NCBI GenBank assembly: GCA_964016885.1
Contig: CAXHJY010000157.1
Coordinates: 86,629 to 150,628, forward strand
From: Eledone cirrhosa
Lineage: Eukaryota
DNA: 64,000 nucleotides
Direction: 5' to 3'
Shown here: positions 39,240-54,379 of the stretch, in pieces
How the letters are laid out: each line of letters starts with the position of its first letter
Numbering within the stretch: position 1 is the first letter of the stretch
Notes under the pieces: model-generated
Database searches by the model: none
What the model was told of the DNA's origin: nothing
The model's input: only the letters and a program-made list of their open reading frames with translations
Translations under genes and position numbers: made by a program

Positions 39240-41069
39240 GAGTGTGTGTGGGTGGTTGGGTGTGTATATGTGTGTCTGTATTAATAAACGAAGAAGGGAT
39301 CTGCGTAGTCACTTATCATGCTAGACAAAGCAAGGAAAGGTCGCTTAAGTCACTTTTTAACATTTTACAAAGAACGAAAGATGAGATGATCACCGTTAGA
39401 ATGCGTTTTACTATAAATTTTCTGTTATCAACAAATTTCTCCTAAACGTTTAAAAATCTCGATCGACATTAGAAAATAGTTTCTGAAAGATGTGATCAAA
39501 GGTAACATGTTAAAAACTAGTAGTTACCTACTTATACAAATACCAACGGATATATATTTTTTCATTCTGTGTGCAAATTTACTGGATATGTGATAGTGAA
39601 TATGCGTGTGTGTATGTGTATGAGTACATGTGTGTGTGTATGTGTGTGTGTGTGCATGTATGTGTGTGTGTGTGTGTGTGAATATTTCTGCGTAAACGCA
39701 TTTGTATGTACGCTCTGGAAGCCATGGCTGTGTTTGTGCATTTATACGTGAATGTGTCTAGCTAAATTATATATCAGTGTGTGTGTTTTTGTGTGTGTGT
39801 ATGTTTGCTTGAGTGTGTAAGCGCTAGTATGTATGCACTAAAAGTCAAGCGTATGGTTGTGTATTTTTGTATGTGCTAATATATACATGTATATATCAGT
39901 CTGTGTATAGGTATGCTTACATATGAGTATGTGTCTATATATAAATATATATATATGTATCTGTATGTCAGTACATGTGTATATGTACGTGGGTACATTG
40001 TTCTGGGTATGTGCTGAGAGACAAGTGTGTGTATGCGCTGATATGTGTGTGCATGTATGAATATCTGTCTGATTGTAAGTATGTGGATGTGTGCATGTTT
40101 GTGTCAGTACATACGTTCTAGTATGTATGTGCTAAAAGTCATGTGTCTGTTTGTGTATGTTTATATGTGTCAATCTATGTATGCGTGCGTGAATGTAAGT
40201 CTCTCTGTATACGAGTATTAGATGTGTGTGTGTGTGTGTGTTTTTGTCTGCACATATGTGTGTTGTGTATACGTGCTAGTATATATGTGCTAAAAGCCAT
40301 GTGTCTGTCTGTGTGTCTGTATGTATGTGCCAGTCTATGTATGTGTGAATGTACGCCAGTATCTATGGGAGCATACGATATGTATGGATGTGTGAGTGTG
40401 TATATCTCTATATGTGAGTATACGTTCGTGATAGTACATAGCTGCTAAAAGCCACGATTCTTTCCCTATTTCCCTATTTCGATTTAAGATTGTAGATTGC
40501 TATTTGAGGTTAAAGTGTGCTGACATATGCAATGGCACCATTAAAAACGTGCTCCGTGCAATAAGATATTACTTTCTATCGAACAGCTCCTATCGATTAT
40601 AGTCATCGCTCTGTGTGTTTTATTTCTCCATGCCGCTCTAGGAGATTTCTCAGCCCAATAGATAAAAAAAAAAGAAAGTGGTTTTTTTTTTCCTTTTTCA
40701 AATTCGAGGTTGAAATGACTCAGCACAACCGTTATTGAAAATAAGAAAAGCAAAAAGCACAGCTAGTTTTAACAAGTATCTCTTTCTTAGAATAACTCAG
40801 ATGGAAAGCAGAATATTTCAGCTGTAAGGTAGATTCCTTGAAAGATGTAGTAAACATTGAGACATGTGCTACATGGCTGTGTGAAATGAATAACTAATTT
40901 TATCTTTTACTTTCACAACGTGACAGAATTTATCTGGAGATGGCTAAGATCTTTAGTTTGGGCTGATACGATATTTGAAGTTTGACTTAAACTTTCTTCT
41001 AAAAGGTGAGATATTGTGGTCTTTCTCCCTCTCTCTCTCACCCCCTCTCTCTCTCTCTCTATTTCGACA

Positions 41070-41180
41070 CGTGGGTCTATGGTAGAGGGTTAGTCTCACG
41101 ATAGTAAGGTCACAAGTTCGATTTCCGACGGCACGTTGATTCCTTAAACAAGACACTTTCTTTCACAAGGCTCCAGTCCA
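41070..41180 (+). mobile_element. SINE family B, degenerate 5' part
   Basis: gttcgatttcc B box, then tccttaaacaagacactttctttcac..gctccagt. Confidence 0.55.
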
Positions 41181-41237
41181 CACATCAGGCCAGTTTGACA
41201 AAGTTTCACGCCGAAATTCCCTGAGTAGTATATACAT

Positions 41238-41271
<34 letters not shown>

Positions 41272-41686
41272 CGCGTGCGAAATCCTTATATAGTAATTTC
41301 ACGTCAAAATATATATATATATATAAATTTATCGAAACTACAAATTGAATTTTTCATTATATAGCTTCCTTAAAATGTGTAAAATTTTTCATGAAAAATA
41401 TATTAAAACTTCCGCAAGTAAACATCATGGAAAACATATATATAGTGACGTCAATATGTATATAACTTCATGTACATATATATATAAATATATATGTGTG
41501 TATGTATGTGTGTATCAAACTGCAATTTTCTTTTCGTTTTTTACCAGAGATGAGTTTACAAGCAACTGTGATAATATAAAGCATTATCGTAAAATCTATT
41601 AGATTATAGTATTTTGTAGTGAAGAGAAATATAACATAATGTAATGTATACATAAATAACATACTGTAATATATACACACACACAG

Positions 41687-41766
<80 letters not shown>

Positions 41767-41839
41767 ATATATATATACATATATATATATACATATATAT
41801 ATATACATATATGCATATATACATATATGCATATATATA

Positions 41840-41883
<44 letters not shown>

Positions 41884-41898
41884 TATATACATATATAT

Positions 41899-41931
<33 letters not shown>

Positions 41932-41947
41932 TATATATATACATATA

Positions 41948-42004
<57 letters not shown>

Positions 42005-42027
42005 TCTTATATATACACACATACAAA

Positions 42028-42093
<66 letters not shown>

Positions 42094-42111
42094 CATATAT
42101 ATATACATATA

Positions 42112-42172
<61 letters not shown>

Positions 42173-42195
42173 TCTTATATATACACACATACAAA

Positions 42196-42290
<95 letters not shown>

Positions 42291-42724
42291 GTACTGTGGT
42301 ATAATGTTATGTTGTGTAAATTATTATCATAGGAATGTTTTCATCTGCAGTCTTTGACTCCAACTCCCCAAGTATTTCAATATCAGAACATTACTATTTA
42401 TGCAGATATTATTCTCCATGCAACGGGATTTTAATTTCATCTAGAGGAATTGTATATTTACATTAACAATACTAGAAAGCATATTTATATTTCCGACACG
42501 TATGCAGGATGTGAAAGGAATTTAAACGAGTCACTACAGCTGCGCCCCCTTTTCTATTACTCTTCAACAATGAACGTAGAAATATCTTACAATTATTTTA
42601 CCTTCTTTACACTTATTATGGTAGTTATCATGGTAACCTTCTTGTTTGCAGAATAATTTTATTTTATTTTTAATTCTTCGTTAAGAGCTCAAATCTCGCC
42701 GGCTTTAAGTTTAGGCTGGATAAT

Positions 42725-43045
42725 GCGCGTGGCTTTACGGTTAGGATATTCGGCTGACAATCGTAATGTTGTGAGTTCGTTTACCGGCGGCGCATTATGT
42801 TCTTGAGCAAAACACTTTGTTTAACGTTGCTCCAGTACACTCAGCGGACAAAAAATGAGTTGTACCTGTAATTCGAAGGCCAAACGTTGTCACATTCTGT
42901 ATCACGTTGAATCTCCCCGAGAACTACGTTAAGGGCACGCGTGTCTATGAAATGTTCAACAACTTGCACGTTAATTTCATGAGCATGCTGTTCCGTTGAT
43001 CGGATCAACTGGAATACTCGTCGTCACAACCGACGGATTGCCAAT
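42725..43045 (+). mobile_element. SINE family B-related (tRNA head, CORE-like centre, different tail)
   Basis: gcgcgtggctttacggttagg...gtgagttcg...ttcttgagcaaaacactt...gttgctccagt. Confidence 0.7.
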
Positions 43046-43539
43046 TTAAACAATAAATGTAGAAACATCTTCACTTCTTTTCACTTTTATTCTGAGAATA
43101 ATAATGGAAAACTTGTTGTTACAGAATCATTAATTTTTTATTATTAATCTTCGTTAAGAGTTCGAATATTGCTGGCTTTGACTTTAAGCTGTATAAGACA
43201 ATTACCAATCGTATACTGCCACTCATTTAAACCGCTAAACTTCCACACTTTCATATTGTGGTTCTCTGCCAATATGACAGCATTCTTGTGGTTGTTGCTA
43301 TTGTTGTTGTTGCATTACACTTATTTATGTTATAATCCCAACTAGAGAGACTGGAACATAGAACGTTAATTTGTGTTCCTCTAGCCAAAATTCAACTCAC
43401 TAAACAGTATAAAATGTGATTTCAAAGTGAACATTACGTAAATCCACGTTAATCTTAAATACTTAGACTGGTTTCAGTCATTAGATTGCAGCCATGCTTT
43501 GTGCCGACGCCTTCAAATGTCTCTCTTTCCCCCATCACT

Positions 43540-43613
<74 letters not shown>

Positions 43614-43756
43614 ATATATGAATGTATATATAGTATACTTGGCAATATTTTGTATGTTTAATTAAAAACATTTAGAAGACCATTTGCTATGAGTTTTAAA
43701 GTAGTGACTATATCACTTACTTAATCTCGGCAAAAGTAACAGATATATTGTATATA

Positions 43757-43826
<70 letters not shown>

Positions 43827-44048
43827 ACTCCCTTTGGAGTAACATGTGCTATCACACCGAGTTTTGGGTTAGAACGAAAGCCTGTTGAGAAAGTAAGTTC
43901 TCTGTTCGATCTTCCAGAAACCTAACTTGTATACACCACAAGCGGATTTTGTTGATTTCGGATTTACAGAAACCTCACTTAGATATTCAATAATATCGAA
44001 GGTACGGTCCAAGTATGTTATATATACAGATATGTGCATATACGTATG

Positions 44049-44085
<37 letters not shown>

Positions 44086-44293
44086 ACATATATGTTTGTG
44101 TATGTATGTGTGTGTGTGTATATTTTTTTCTCAGAAGTCAGTTCTTTCGTTGCTATTGATCACGAAGCTGAATTAGCGGTCGATATTTTCAATTTGCACA
44201 GCCTGAGCTCTATATCTTGACGAGTGCTTGGATGCACTGGTGAAGGCTTACGTTGGCTTAGCTGCTACTCGAATTTCGAATATGGTGTTATTT

Positions 44294-44375
<82 letters not shown>

Positions 44376-44830
44376 GGAAAAGAGTCAGGGCCCCGACGGC
44401 TGAGCTCCGGCCATTTCGACAGCTAGATCCGAACTGGTCCACCACACTTTCTTTGTTTTATATATAAATATATATACATAAACACATAAACGGAGAAAGC
44501 TATTAGCGATACTCCGACGAATTTCCAACTCACGCAACAAACATTAGGAAATACCGGAGTATATTCCCAATTAAAAGTTTGGGTTGCTAACTATATTGTA
44601 TTGTGTGGATAATTGGCTATATTATTTTATATGAGATATATTAAAGATCTCATATATATATATATAAATATAAAGATTCAGGACTCCGAATCTTTTCCCA
44701 TTACCCATTCTACTACCCTAAGTATCGAGTACTCTGGTGCATTATGGTCCTCTTGGTATCTTACCCCACTCTCTTTATATATATATATATCAATATTCAT
44801 TATCGAAGCCATAGACTCTCGTTATTCTAT

Positions 44831-44897
<67 letters not shown>

Positions 44898-44909
44898 TCT
44901 CTCTCTCTC

Positions 44910-44953
<44 letters not shown>

Positions 44954-45051
44954 GTGTGTTACCATTTCTACATATTGTATTATATATAGATATATATATG
45001 GAAAAGAATGAAACGAAATTTCATTTATCACTCTTAGTACGTATAAATACT

Positions 45052-45082
<31 letters not shown>

Positions 45083-45855
45083 ATATATTTATATTTATAC
45101 ATATATATATATAAAGAATGTGTGTGCGTGTATGGGGAATAGGTGTGATATAATACAACCATTGTCACCTTTGAATGTCACAGCAATGATGAACAATTTA
45201 AACCTGTAAGGTTAAAGTCATAGAATATCACTATACGTAGAGTATACATTAGATTCACTACAACATTGCATTTCATTGACTATTCCACTTACGTAATTAC
45301 TTCTATTCTGTACTGCAGTAGTTCACCTTAACACAACCCTGATATCATAGAAATCGATTGTCCAATACTGTACCGTAGTGTCCTTTCAAATGATCACGTA
45401 ATTAAAGTATGTATATTTATGTATGTGTGATTGAAAGCTCTCTGTTTGCGTGGGGATTTTTTTACAAATGTATTGATGATGGTTTTTATTTTAGGCACAT
45501 GACAGGCAATTTAAGTGAGGAGATGTGAATTAAATAGAATCCAGTGTTTCAGTTCAGCCCTAGTTTATGTTATAAGTATACCTCGACCACTTTCCTCACA
45601 AGGATAAAGCCGTTGGCCACTTGAATGATTGTCAATACGACGACTAAAGATTCCCCTCTACTGCAGTTTTGAAATCAGCGTGCTCCTTCTTTTAGATTCT
45701 AGACCACAGTTTCTCAAACCTGTGGGGCCACCGACCCAGTCACACGGCCACGTACTACTCTCAGCGCCCCAACCCCTATGTCCAGCCACCGAGACCTGAC
45801 TACACGCAAATTGTAAATAATATATAATAAATAAAATCGATAATTTATATATATA

Positions 45856-46149
45856 TATAACTGTTTCTACTTTTGGCACACGGCCAGCAATTACCCAGTG
45901 CATTACTTCTACTTTATGTTATCGACCTCGTAAGGATGAAAGGCAAAGTTAACCTCGGCGGGATTTGAACTCAGTCCGTAAAAGAACGTAACTCTATGCT
46001 GGAAAGCATGGTGTCCGACTCTCTACCGATACTGCCAATCCACTGCCTTAATAATAATTGTTTCTATTTTAGGCACAAGGCCAGCAATTAGCCAGTACAT
46101 TACTGGTACTTTATTTTATCGACCCCGTAAGGATGAAAGGCAAAGTCAA
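45856..46149 (-). mobile_element. Two tandem SINE family A copies (full 45856-46048, partial 46053-46149)
   Basis: Match the family A consensus. Confidence 0.8.
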
Positions 46150-46254
46150 TAATAATATATACTATGTATAATGAACTTTTTTTTATTTTACGATATTTAT
46201 ACATAATATGTATCATTTGATATTTAATATACTATTATATCATCTCTTAGTGTA

Positions 46255-46370
46255 GGAGTGTATCTGAGTGGTAAGAGAATTATATTTGCAATCGTGAGGT
46301 TGTGAGTTCGATTTCTGCACCGTGCTATGCGTTATGTCCTTGAGCAAGACACTTTATTTCCCGTTGCTCC
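46255..46370 (+). mobile_element. SINE family B, 5' part
   Basis: gtgagttcgatttc B box, then tgtccttgagcaagacactttatttcccgttgctcc. Confidence 0.65.
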
Positions 46371-46586
46371 TTCTACCTGGAGTTGCGACCGATAGATAGA
46401 ATTAGTAATAGGAAAGACCAACGGAAATATTGTTGCCTCGGTCCGATTTGACGAAAGTCGATCGAGTGTCGATATCATCTCTACCACCACCACCATCGCC
46501 ACCACCCCGTGGGCGCGGTATCGCCCACTTCGAGAACTTCTGTCCTAGACAGACAAAGCTAACGAGCTCTGTCTACTCGGTATTTA

Positions 46587-46779
46587 TATAATTGTTTCTA
46601 CTTTTGACACAAGGCCAGCAATCACCCCCAATGCATTACTGGTACTTTATTTTATCGACCCCGTAAGGATGAAAGGCAAAGTTAACCTCGGCGGGATTTG
46701 AACACAGAATAGCAAGAGCCGTAACTATATTCGTCAAAGCATGGCGTCCGACCTTTTACCGACACTGCCATCCACCGCC
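46587..46779 (-). mobile_element. SINE family A
   Basis: Matches the family A consensus. Confidence 0.8.
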
Positions 46780-47058
46780 TATCCACTCGGTGTATATATA
46801 TAATATTGTTATAGTAATTCTAATCTGCAGACAGAATCAAAAGTGTATCTGATGGCGCCTAATGAAGAGACAATAATATATGAAATACATCACGTTAATG
46901 TTGTTTTTCTGTCCACGACGGTTTACTTTAATGTGTCTGTGCATCACACTTCATTCTTTGCGCAGCAAAAGCAGCTAATTCAATAGTTTTATCTACCATA
47001 AGTTTTTATTAAAATCTTAAAATGTGCGTTGTCATATATATAATACATATAGATGATG

Positions 47059-47139
<81 letters not shown>

Positions 47140-47411
47140 GTTGTGTGCGTGTGTACATATTTATATTTATATACACATTCAAGCATATATATATGCTTAT
47201 ACATATATACATTCATGCATATATATATGCTTATACATATATACATACATATATATATATACTTATATATACATACATATATATATATACTTATATATAC
47301 ATACATATATATATATATATACTTATATATATTTACATATATATATATACATATATATATTTACATATATATAATATATACAATATATACTTATATATAC
47401 ATATATACATA

Positions 47412-47454
<43 letters not shown>

Positions 47455-47461
47455 ATATATA

Positions 47462-47493
<32 letters not shown>

Positions 47494-47509
47494 ATATACA
47501 TATACAGTC

Positions 47510-47641
<132 letters not shown>

Positions 47642-47679
47642 TATATATATATAAAATATATATATATATATATATATAC

Positions 47680-47720
<41 letters not shown>

Positions 47721-47781
47721 TATATATATATATATATAAAATATATATATATATATATAAAATATATATATATATATATAC

Positions 47782-47869
<88 letters not shown>

Positions 47870-48295
47870 GACTGTGTGTTTATGACTGTGTGTGTGTGAT
47901 TTCTTTAATCACCTCGTAAGCCCATACACGCAGCTGCAAGTGATAGACATCGACAGTGCCAGTTGAATTGAAGCAAAATTGGAAATTTTAACTAATTTCT
48001 AACCGAATAGAATTTTAGTCATTGAAGAAAGATCCCTGGGGAAGGTTGACATTTGTAAATAAAGAGTTTGTAAGACTTTAGATTAGCAAAGTTAATTACC
48101 AAAGTTGAACGTACATCAATAGTGTAAATCTTTACAAAACCTAATTCATTAGAAAGTAAAAAAGTGACATTGATATTCTTTTTCTGATGTGTTTCTGGTG
48201 AACCTAAATGTTATTTTGTGAAGGTTATTTTGCTAATACCTTGGTTTCCCTATTTAGTCATATATACATACATGCATGCATACATAGATGTATAG

Positions 48296-48345
<50 letters not shown>

Positions 48346-48439
48346 GAAGAAGTTCCGTCGGAAAAGTCCAGGAAAAAAGAGTGCTCTATGTAGGTAACAG
48401 AGCTTAATAGTTATGTAATAAACAACATAAGGCAATTAT

Positions 48440-48497
48440 TCCATTTACCAGTGGTTTCTTAAAAGCAAAAGATGTTGCTTTCAATCCTCAGAATGAA
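48440..48497 (-). ncRNA. Type I hammerhead ribozyme (inverted partner of 48565-48622)
   Basis: ttcatt-CTGAGGA-ttgaaagcaa..ttgcttttaa-GAAA-ccactgg-TA-aatgga. Confidence 0.8.
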
Positions 48498-48564
48498 AAA
48501 ATCCTGGTCTGTTCAGGCATTTTTGTTTTTTTAAATCCAAATTCAATAAACAGACCAGGATTTT

Positions 48565-48622
48565 TTCATTCTGAGGATTGAAAGCAAAATCTTTTGCTTT
48601 TAAGAAACCACTGGTAAATGGA
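48565..48622 (+). ncRNA. Type I hammerhead ribozyme
   Basis: ttcatt-CTGAGGA-[ttgaaagcaaa/tttgcttttaa]-GAAA-ccactgg-TA-aatgga. Confidence 0.85.
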
Positions 48623-48648
48623 ATAATTGCCTTATGTTGTTTATTACA

Positions 48649-48767
<119 letters not shown>

Positions 48768-48903
48768 CCGGGTTGAATCGGAGATAACCACAGTAAGTAA
48801 GGTACTCAATACATGGCAGAGTATAAAAGTTTTAATATAGAAGAGTTTCTACGAGTCTAGAACTGTTTCATGAATGTAACAGTTCTAGTCCTGTAGAAGC
48901 CCT

Positions 48904-48958
<55 letters not shown>

Positions 48959-48959
48959 T

Positions 48960-48990
<31 letters not shown>

Positions 48991-49051
48991 TAAAATAACA
49001 GATTAAAGTTTAAGCAAAGAATCGCTGCTTTCACCCTTAACGGGACACACA

Positions 49052-49178
<127 letters not shown>

Positions 49179-49208
49179 AGATCAAAAGATGGTTAAAGGA
49201 GTTCCATA

Positions 49209-49279
49209 TATTTTATTATGCGCATTTCAAAAACAAACATCATCAAGCAATAATATTTGTGTTTTCATCAGATAAAACA
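49209..49279 (-). ncRNA. Type I hammerhead ribozyme
   Basis: Reverse complement of 53914-53984. Confidence 0.85.
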
Positions 49280-50279
49280 GGAGAACATGATATGAAGGCT
49301 AAAAAAACACTTGTTGATAGTGCAGTTTTAAATCAACATATGAAAAGTGGTTTTAGATTGATGTGTGATATTGGGAAAAATATTTTATTTAGAGAGGGGG
49401 GGGAGAAGGATGAAAAGGGAAGGAGATGAGAGGGAGAGATGGGTGATAGAGAGAAAGAGATAGTTTTTATAACTGAGAGGAGATATATTTTTTACATAGA
49501 GGGGTTGAAAACCGTTGGAAGATACTGTATAAATTAAAAATTTTGAAAATGAACGAAGGGAGGATATGTGCGAGGAAAAAATATTTTATTTAGGGAGGGT
49601 GGGGTGGAAAGGATGAAAAAAAGGGGGGAGGAGATGAGAGTGAAGGTGGAGAGGGAGAGATGGGTGATAGAGAGAAAGAGATAGTTTTTATAACTGAGAA
49701 AAAGATATATTGTTTTAATATAGAGAGGTTGGGAACCGTTGGAAGATAATGTATAAATTAAAGGAATTTGAAAATTAACGAAGGGAAATTATGTATGAAG
49801 ATAGAGAGAAAAAAAAAAAATAATAATAATTGTGGGTGAATATTCTAACGTCAAAAGAAGAAATGTATGTATTGTGGCAATTTCAAAATTAGCGAAGAGA
49901 AAAATTGTTAAGGTAGAAGGATTTGAGAAGTGTAGAAGGATTTGAGAAAAATAATGTGAAGTTAAAGTTTGTATATTGAATTGATATGTATTAATAATGA
50001 GTTCGTTGATGGGGAGAAAAAAATAATAATAAATTAAGGATGAAATTGAGATTAAAAAGATTTATGATAGAGAGAAAAAATAATAATGATTGCGGATGAA
50101 TATTCAAAATGTCAAAAACAAATGTTATTATTTTACGAGAAGATAGAATGAGGGTAATGAGTAAACAAGTATTATAGAGTGTATAATGCCCTTTAAAGTA
50201 AGGTAGATGGGTATATTTTAAAGAGGTGTATGTATATGTGTCTTTGAGAAAAGATTCTAAATTGATAAAGAATTGAATA

Positions 50280-51342
50280 TTAACTGTATACTTTGTGAAA
50301 AGTTCTATGGAATTTATGCAGGCAGATAGAAAACAAATCTGAGCGTCTATTTATTATAGATTCTAGGTTAGAGATAATGGTAATTTTTTCATTTAGGCAG
50401 AGATTACAGATTTTAGATAGAGAGCTGTTCAAGTATGAGGATGCAGAAGAAATCTTTTTCCAAAAGATGTTATATTTAATGTTTTTGTCTTTTAAGGACC
50501 ATATGAGTTCTGAGAGAGCAGTGTTAGTTCTTTTAAGTTTGTATTTGAAAGATGAATGATGATTATAGAGACGAGCTTTAAAAGAGGTGGAAGTGGAGCC
50601 AAAATAGGTGAAGGAATTGGTGCTAGTTATAATTTTACATTCATAAATTAAGTTTTTATCGAGGCAATGGTTGTTGAGAGGACATTTATTTTTAATGCGG
50701 CAGTTGCAATTAGAGAGATTATTAATGAGTGATCTAGTGTTATCTATAGAAGGAATTGGATTGGAGAAGTTGTTTGCGATAGGAATAATAGGAATAATAG
50801 TTTCTTGATTTAGAGTTGGATTATGAACATTTAGCGAAGTTGTGTTTGACGTTGTATTTGGGTTTACAGAAGTTAGCCTAGGGTTTACAATGACGTCGGG
50901 AGTACTATTACTGTTATTATGAAATTCAATATTGGAAGGAAGAGATTTAGTATTTAATATTTTGTTGTTGTGTTTAGAGATGATGTTGGAAATATTGGAG
51001 GATGTAGAATACGAAAATTTGATGGTGTGTTTGTTAAATATTTTACTATAGATATGTGAGGGAGGGAAGCATTTATTTAAGGCACTAAAAAATAATTTAG
51101 GAATATTGTTATTAATAGAGATGGAGAAAGGAGCATTATACCAGATTATGTTTTTGTATCTAGGTCTTTTATTAAAATTATTGGAATGGTCAAGATTAAT
51201 TATTCTACTGTAAGTTTTTCTAGAATTTGTTTCTTTATTATATTTGATTTTATCTGGATAGCCGGCTTTAGAAAGTGCGTTATTATAGTAATTGGCGTTA
51301 GCATCAAAGATGTTTTTATTAGAAGATATGTTAGATATTCTA
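50280..51342 (-). pseudogene. Inverted duplicate of the Naiad ORF C-terminus (thumb, linker, GIY-YIG)
   Basis: Nearly identical to the last ~350 aa of 51186-52910; differs by a 4-aa indel and a few substitutions. Confidence 0.9.
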
Positions 51343-51405
51343 TCATCCTTCACATTCTATCATCCTTCACATCCTATCATCCTTCACATTCTATCATCCT
51401 TCACA

Positions 51406-52910
51406 TCATCCTCACCGCACGTAAAACCATCCTAGAGTTCAACAACGAATATTGGACCAGAGCCGATACCTCTAACAACTTCGACATCACAATGGGAGCA
51501 TCCGATTCATCCCAATTGACTGATTTAATTGGTATCTTCATTTTGAACTCTTTGAGTCGGAAAATTCCTCAACTTCGCGGTGGAATTTATCGTGACGATG
51601 GACTCTTTACTATCCTAAATTGCAATATAGTTAAACTTAATATTATTAAGAACAATATACGTAATCTCTTTAACCAACATAACCTAAAAATTGAATTTGA
51701 TAATAGTATCAAACTAGCTAATTTCTTGGATGTATCTCTTAATCTTGACACTGGCCTATATTACCCTTACCATAAAAACAATGAGAATCTTAATTATGTT
51801 AACTTTAAATCTAACCATCCTACCAATATCAAGAATGCTATAGTTAATAATATTGGAAATAGAATATCTAACATATCTTCTAATAAAAACATCTTTGATG
51901 CTAACGCCAATTACTATAATAACGCACTTTCTAAAGCCGGCTATCCAGATAAAATCAAATATAATAAAGAAACAAATTCTAGGAAAACTTACAGTAGAAT
52001 AATTAATCTTGACCATTCCAATAATTTTAATAAAAGACCTAGATACAAAAACATAATCTGGTATAATGCTCCTTTCTCCATCTCTATTAATAACAATATT
52101 CCTAAATTATGTTTTAGTGCCTTAAATAAATGCTTCCCTCCCTCACATATCTATAGTAAAATATTTAACAAACACACCATCAAATTTTCGTATTCTACAT
52201 CCTCCAATATTTCTAAACACAACAACAAAATATTAAATACTAAATCTCTTCCTTCCAATATTGAATTTCATAATAACAGTAATAGTACTCCCGACGTCAT
52301 TGTAAACCCTAGGCTAACTTCTGTAAACCCAAATACAACGTCAAACACAACTTCGCTAAATGCTCATAATCCAACTCTAAATCAAGAAACTATTATTCCT
52401 ATTATTCCTATCGCAAACAACTTCTCCAATCCAATTCCTTCTATAGATAACACTAGATCACTCATTAATAATCTCTCTAATTGCAACTGCCGCATTAAAA
52501 ATAAATGTCCTCTCAACAACCATTGCCTCGATAAAAACTTAATTTATGAATGTAAAATTATAACTAGCACCAATTCCTTCACCTATTTTGGCTCCACTTC
52601 CACCTCTTTTAAAGCTCGTCTCTATAATCATCATTCATCTTTCAAATACAAACTTAAAAGAACTAACACTGCTCTCTCAGAACTCATATGGTCCTTAAAA
52701 GACAAAAACATTAAATATAACATCTTTTGGAAAAAGATTTCTTCTGCATCCTCATACTTGAACAGCTCTCTATCTAAAATCTGTAATCTCTGCCTAAATG
52801 AAAAATTTACCATTATCTCTAACCTAGAATCTATAATAAATAGACGCTCAGATTTCTTTTCTATCTGCCTGCATAAATTCCATAGAACTTTTCACAAAGT
52901 ATACAGTTAA
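51406..52910 (+). CDS. Naiad-type PLE RT (5'-truncated) + GIY-YIG endonuclease
   Basis: FDITMGASDS, GGIYRDDGL, NFLDVSL, SNHP, WYNAPFS, CNCR...CPL...C, LIYEC..YFGST..FKAR..NH, C.LCLNEK, C.H; the ORF-track start at 51186 is artefactual read-through from the inverted arm. Confidence 0.93.
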
Positions 52911-53913
52911 TATTCAATTCTTTATCAATTTAGAATCTTTTCTCAAAGACACATATACATACACCTCTTTAAAATATACCTATCTACCTTACTTTAAAGG
53001 GCATTATACACTCTATAATACTTGTTTACTCATTACCCTCATTCTATCTTCTCGTAAAATAATAACATTTGTTTTTGACATTTTGAATATTCATCCGCAA
53101 TCATTATTATTTTTTCTCTCTATCATAAATCTTTTTAATCTCAATTTCATCCTTAATTTATTATTATTTTTTTCTCCCCATCAACGAACTCATTATTAAT
53201 ACATATCAATTCAATATACAAACTTTAACTTCACATTATTTTTCTCAAATCCTTCTACACTTCTCAAATCCTTCTACCTTAACAATTTTTCTCTTCGCTA
53301 ATTTTGAAATTGCCACAATACATACATTTCTTCTTTTGACGTTAGAATATTCACCCACAATTATTATTATTATTTTTTTTTTCTCTCTATCTTCATACAT
53401 AATTTCCCTTCGTTAATTTTCAAATTCCTTTAATTTATACATTATCTTCCAACGGTTCCCAACCTCTCTATATTAAAACAATATATCTTTTTCTCAGTTA
53501 TAAAAACTATCTCTTTCTCTCTATCACCCATCTCTCCCTCTCCACCTTCACTCTCATCTCCTCCCCCCTTTTTTTCATCCTTTCCACCCCACCCTCCCTA
53601 AATAAAATATTTTTTCCTCGCACATATCCTCCCTTCGTTCATTTTCAAAATTTTTAATTTATACAGTATCTTCCAACGGTTTTCAACCCCTCTATGTAAA
53701 AAATATATCTCCTCTCAGTTATAAAAACTATCTCTTTCTCTCTATCACCCATCTCTCCCTCTCATCTCCTTCCCTTTTCCTCCTTCTCCCCCCCCCCTCT
53801 CTAAATAAAATATTTTTCCCAATATCACACATCAATCTAAAACCACTTTTCATATGTTGATTTAAAACTGCACTATCAACAAGTGTTTTTTTAGCCTTCA
53901 TATCATGTTCTCC

Positions 53914-53984
53914 TGTTTTATCTGATGAAAACACAAATATTATTGCTTGATGATGTTTGTTTTTGAAATGCGCATAATAAAATA
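53914..53984 (+). ncRNA. Type I hammerhead ribozyme
   Basis: tgttttat-CTGATGA-[aaacacaaatattatt/gatgatgtttgttttt]-GAAA-tgcgca-TA-ataaaata. Confidence 0.85.
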
Positions 53985-54105
53985 TATGGAACTCCTTTAA
54001 CCATCTTTTGATCTTATATTATGCATACTCCAGTCCCACAAACTGTAGAGTGCTTCTTATCCGATATCTGCATTGCTTTATTGTGCTACAATAAAACTCA
54101 CCTCC

Positions 54106-54187
<82 letters not shown>

Positions 54188-54313
54188 AAGTTTTATTTAA
54201 ATTGTTGGGTTACAACGAGTAAATATTTATAACTGATATAAAAGCACTCAACAAGTATTTGGAGTATATTTACGATATTAAATAAATGGAAGCTATATTT
54301 ATAAAACCATATT

Positions 54314-54379
54314 TATTTCATTATATATATTTCAGGGATATCATATTAAAAATATGTTATGCCTTCTTCAGACAAAATA
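54314..54379 (-). ncRNA. Type I hammerhead ribozyme
   Basis: Reverse complement of 58266-58331. Confidence 0.75.

Larger units (their letters stand above)
45705..46542. mobile_element. hAT-like MITE interrupted by nested SINEs
   Basis: Ends cacagtttctcaaac / cttcgagaacttctg are imperfect TIRs; 8-bp TSD ttctagac (45697-45704) / tcctagac (46543-46550) fits the hAT NTCTAGAN preference. Confidence 0.6.

Noticed and set aside
40780-40830. Possible micro-exon (ttcttag ... gtaag)
   Set aside because: Splice-like signals alone are too common to call without transcript evidence
51186-51405. Novel N-terminal domain on the 574-aa ORF
   Set aside because: It is the antisense of the inverted arm plus the 17-mer junction repeat
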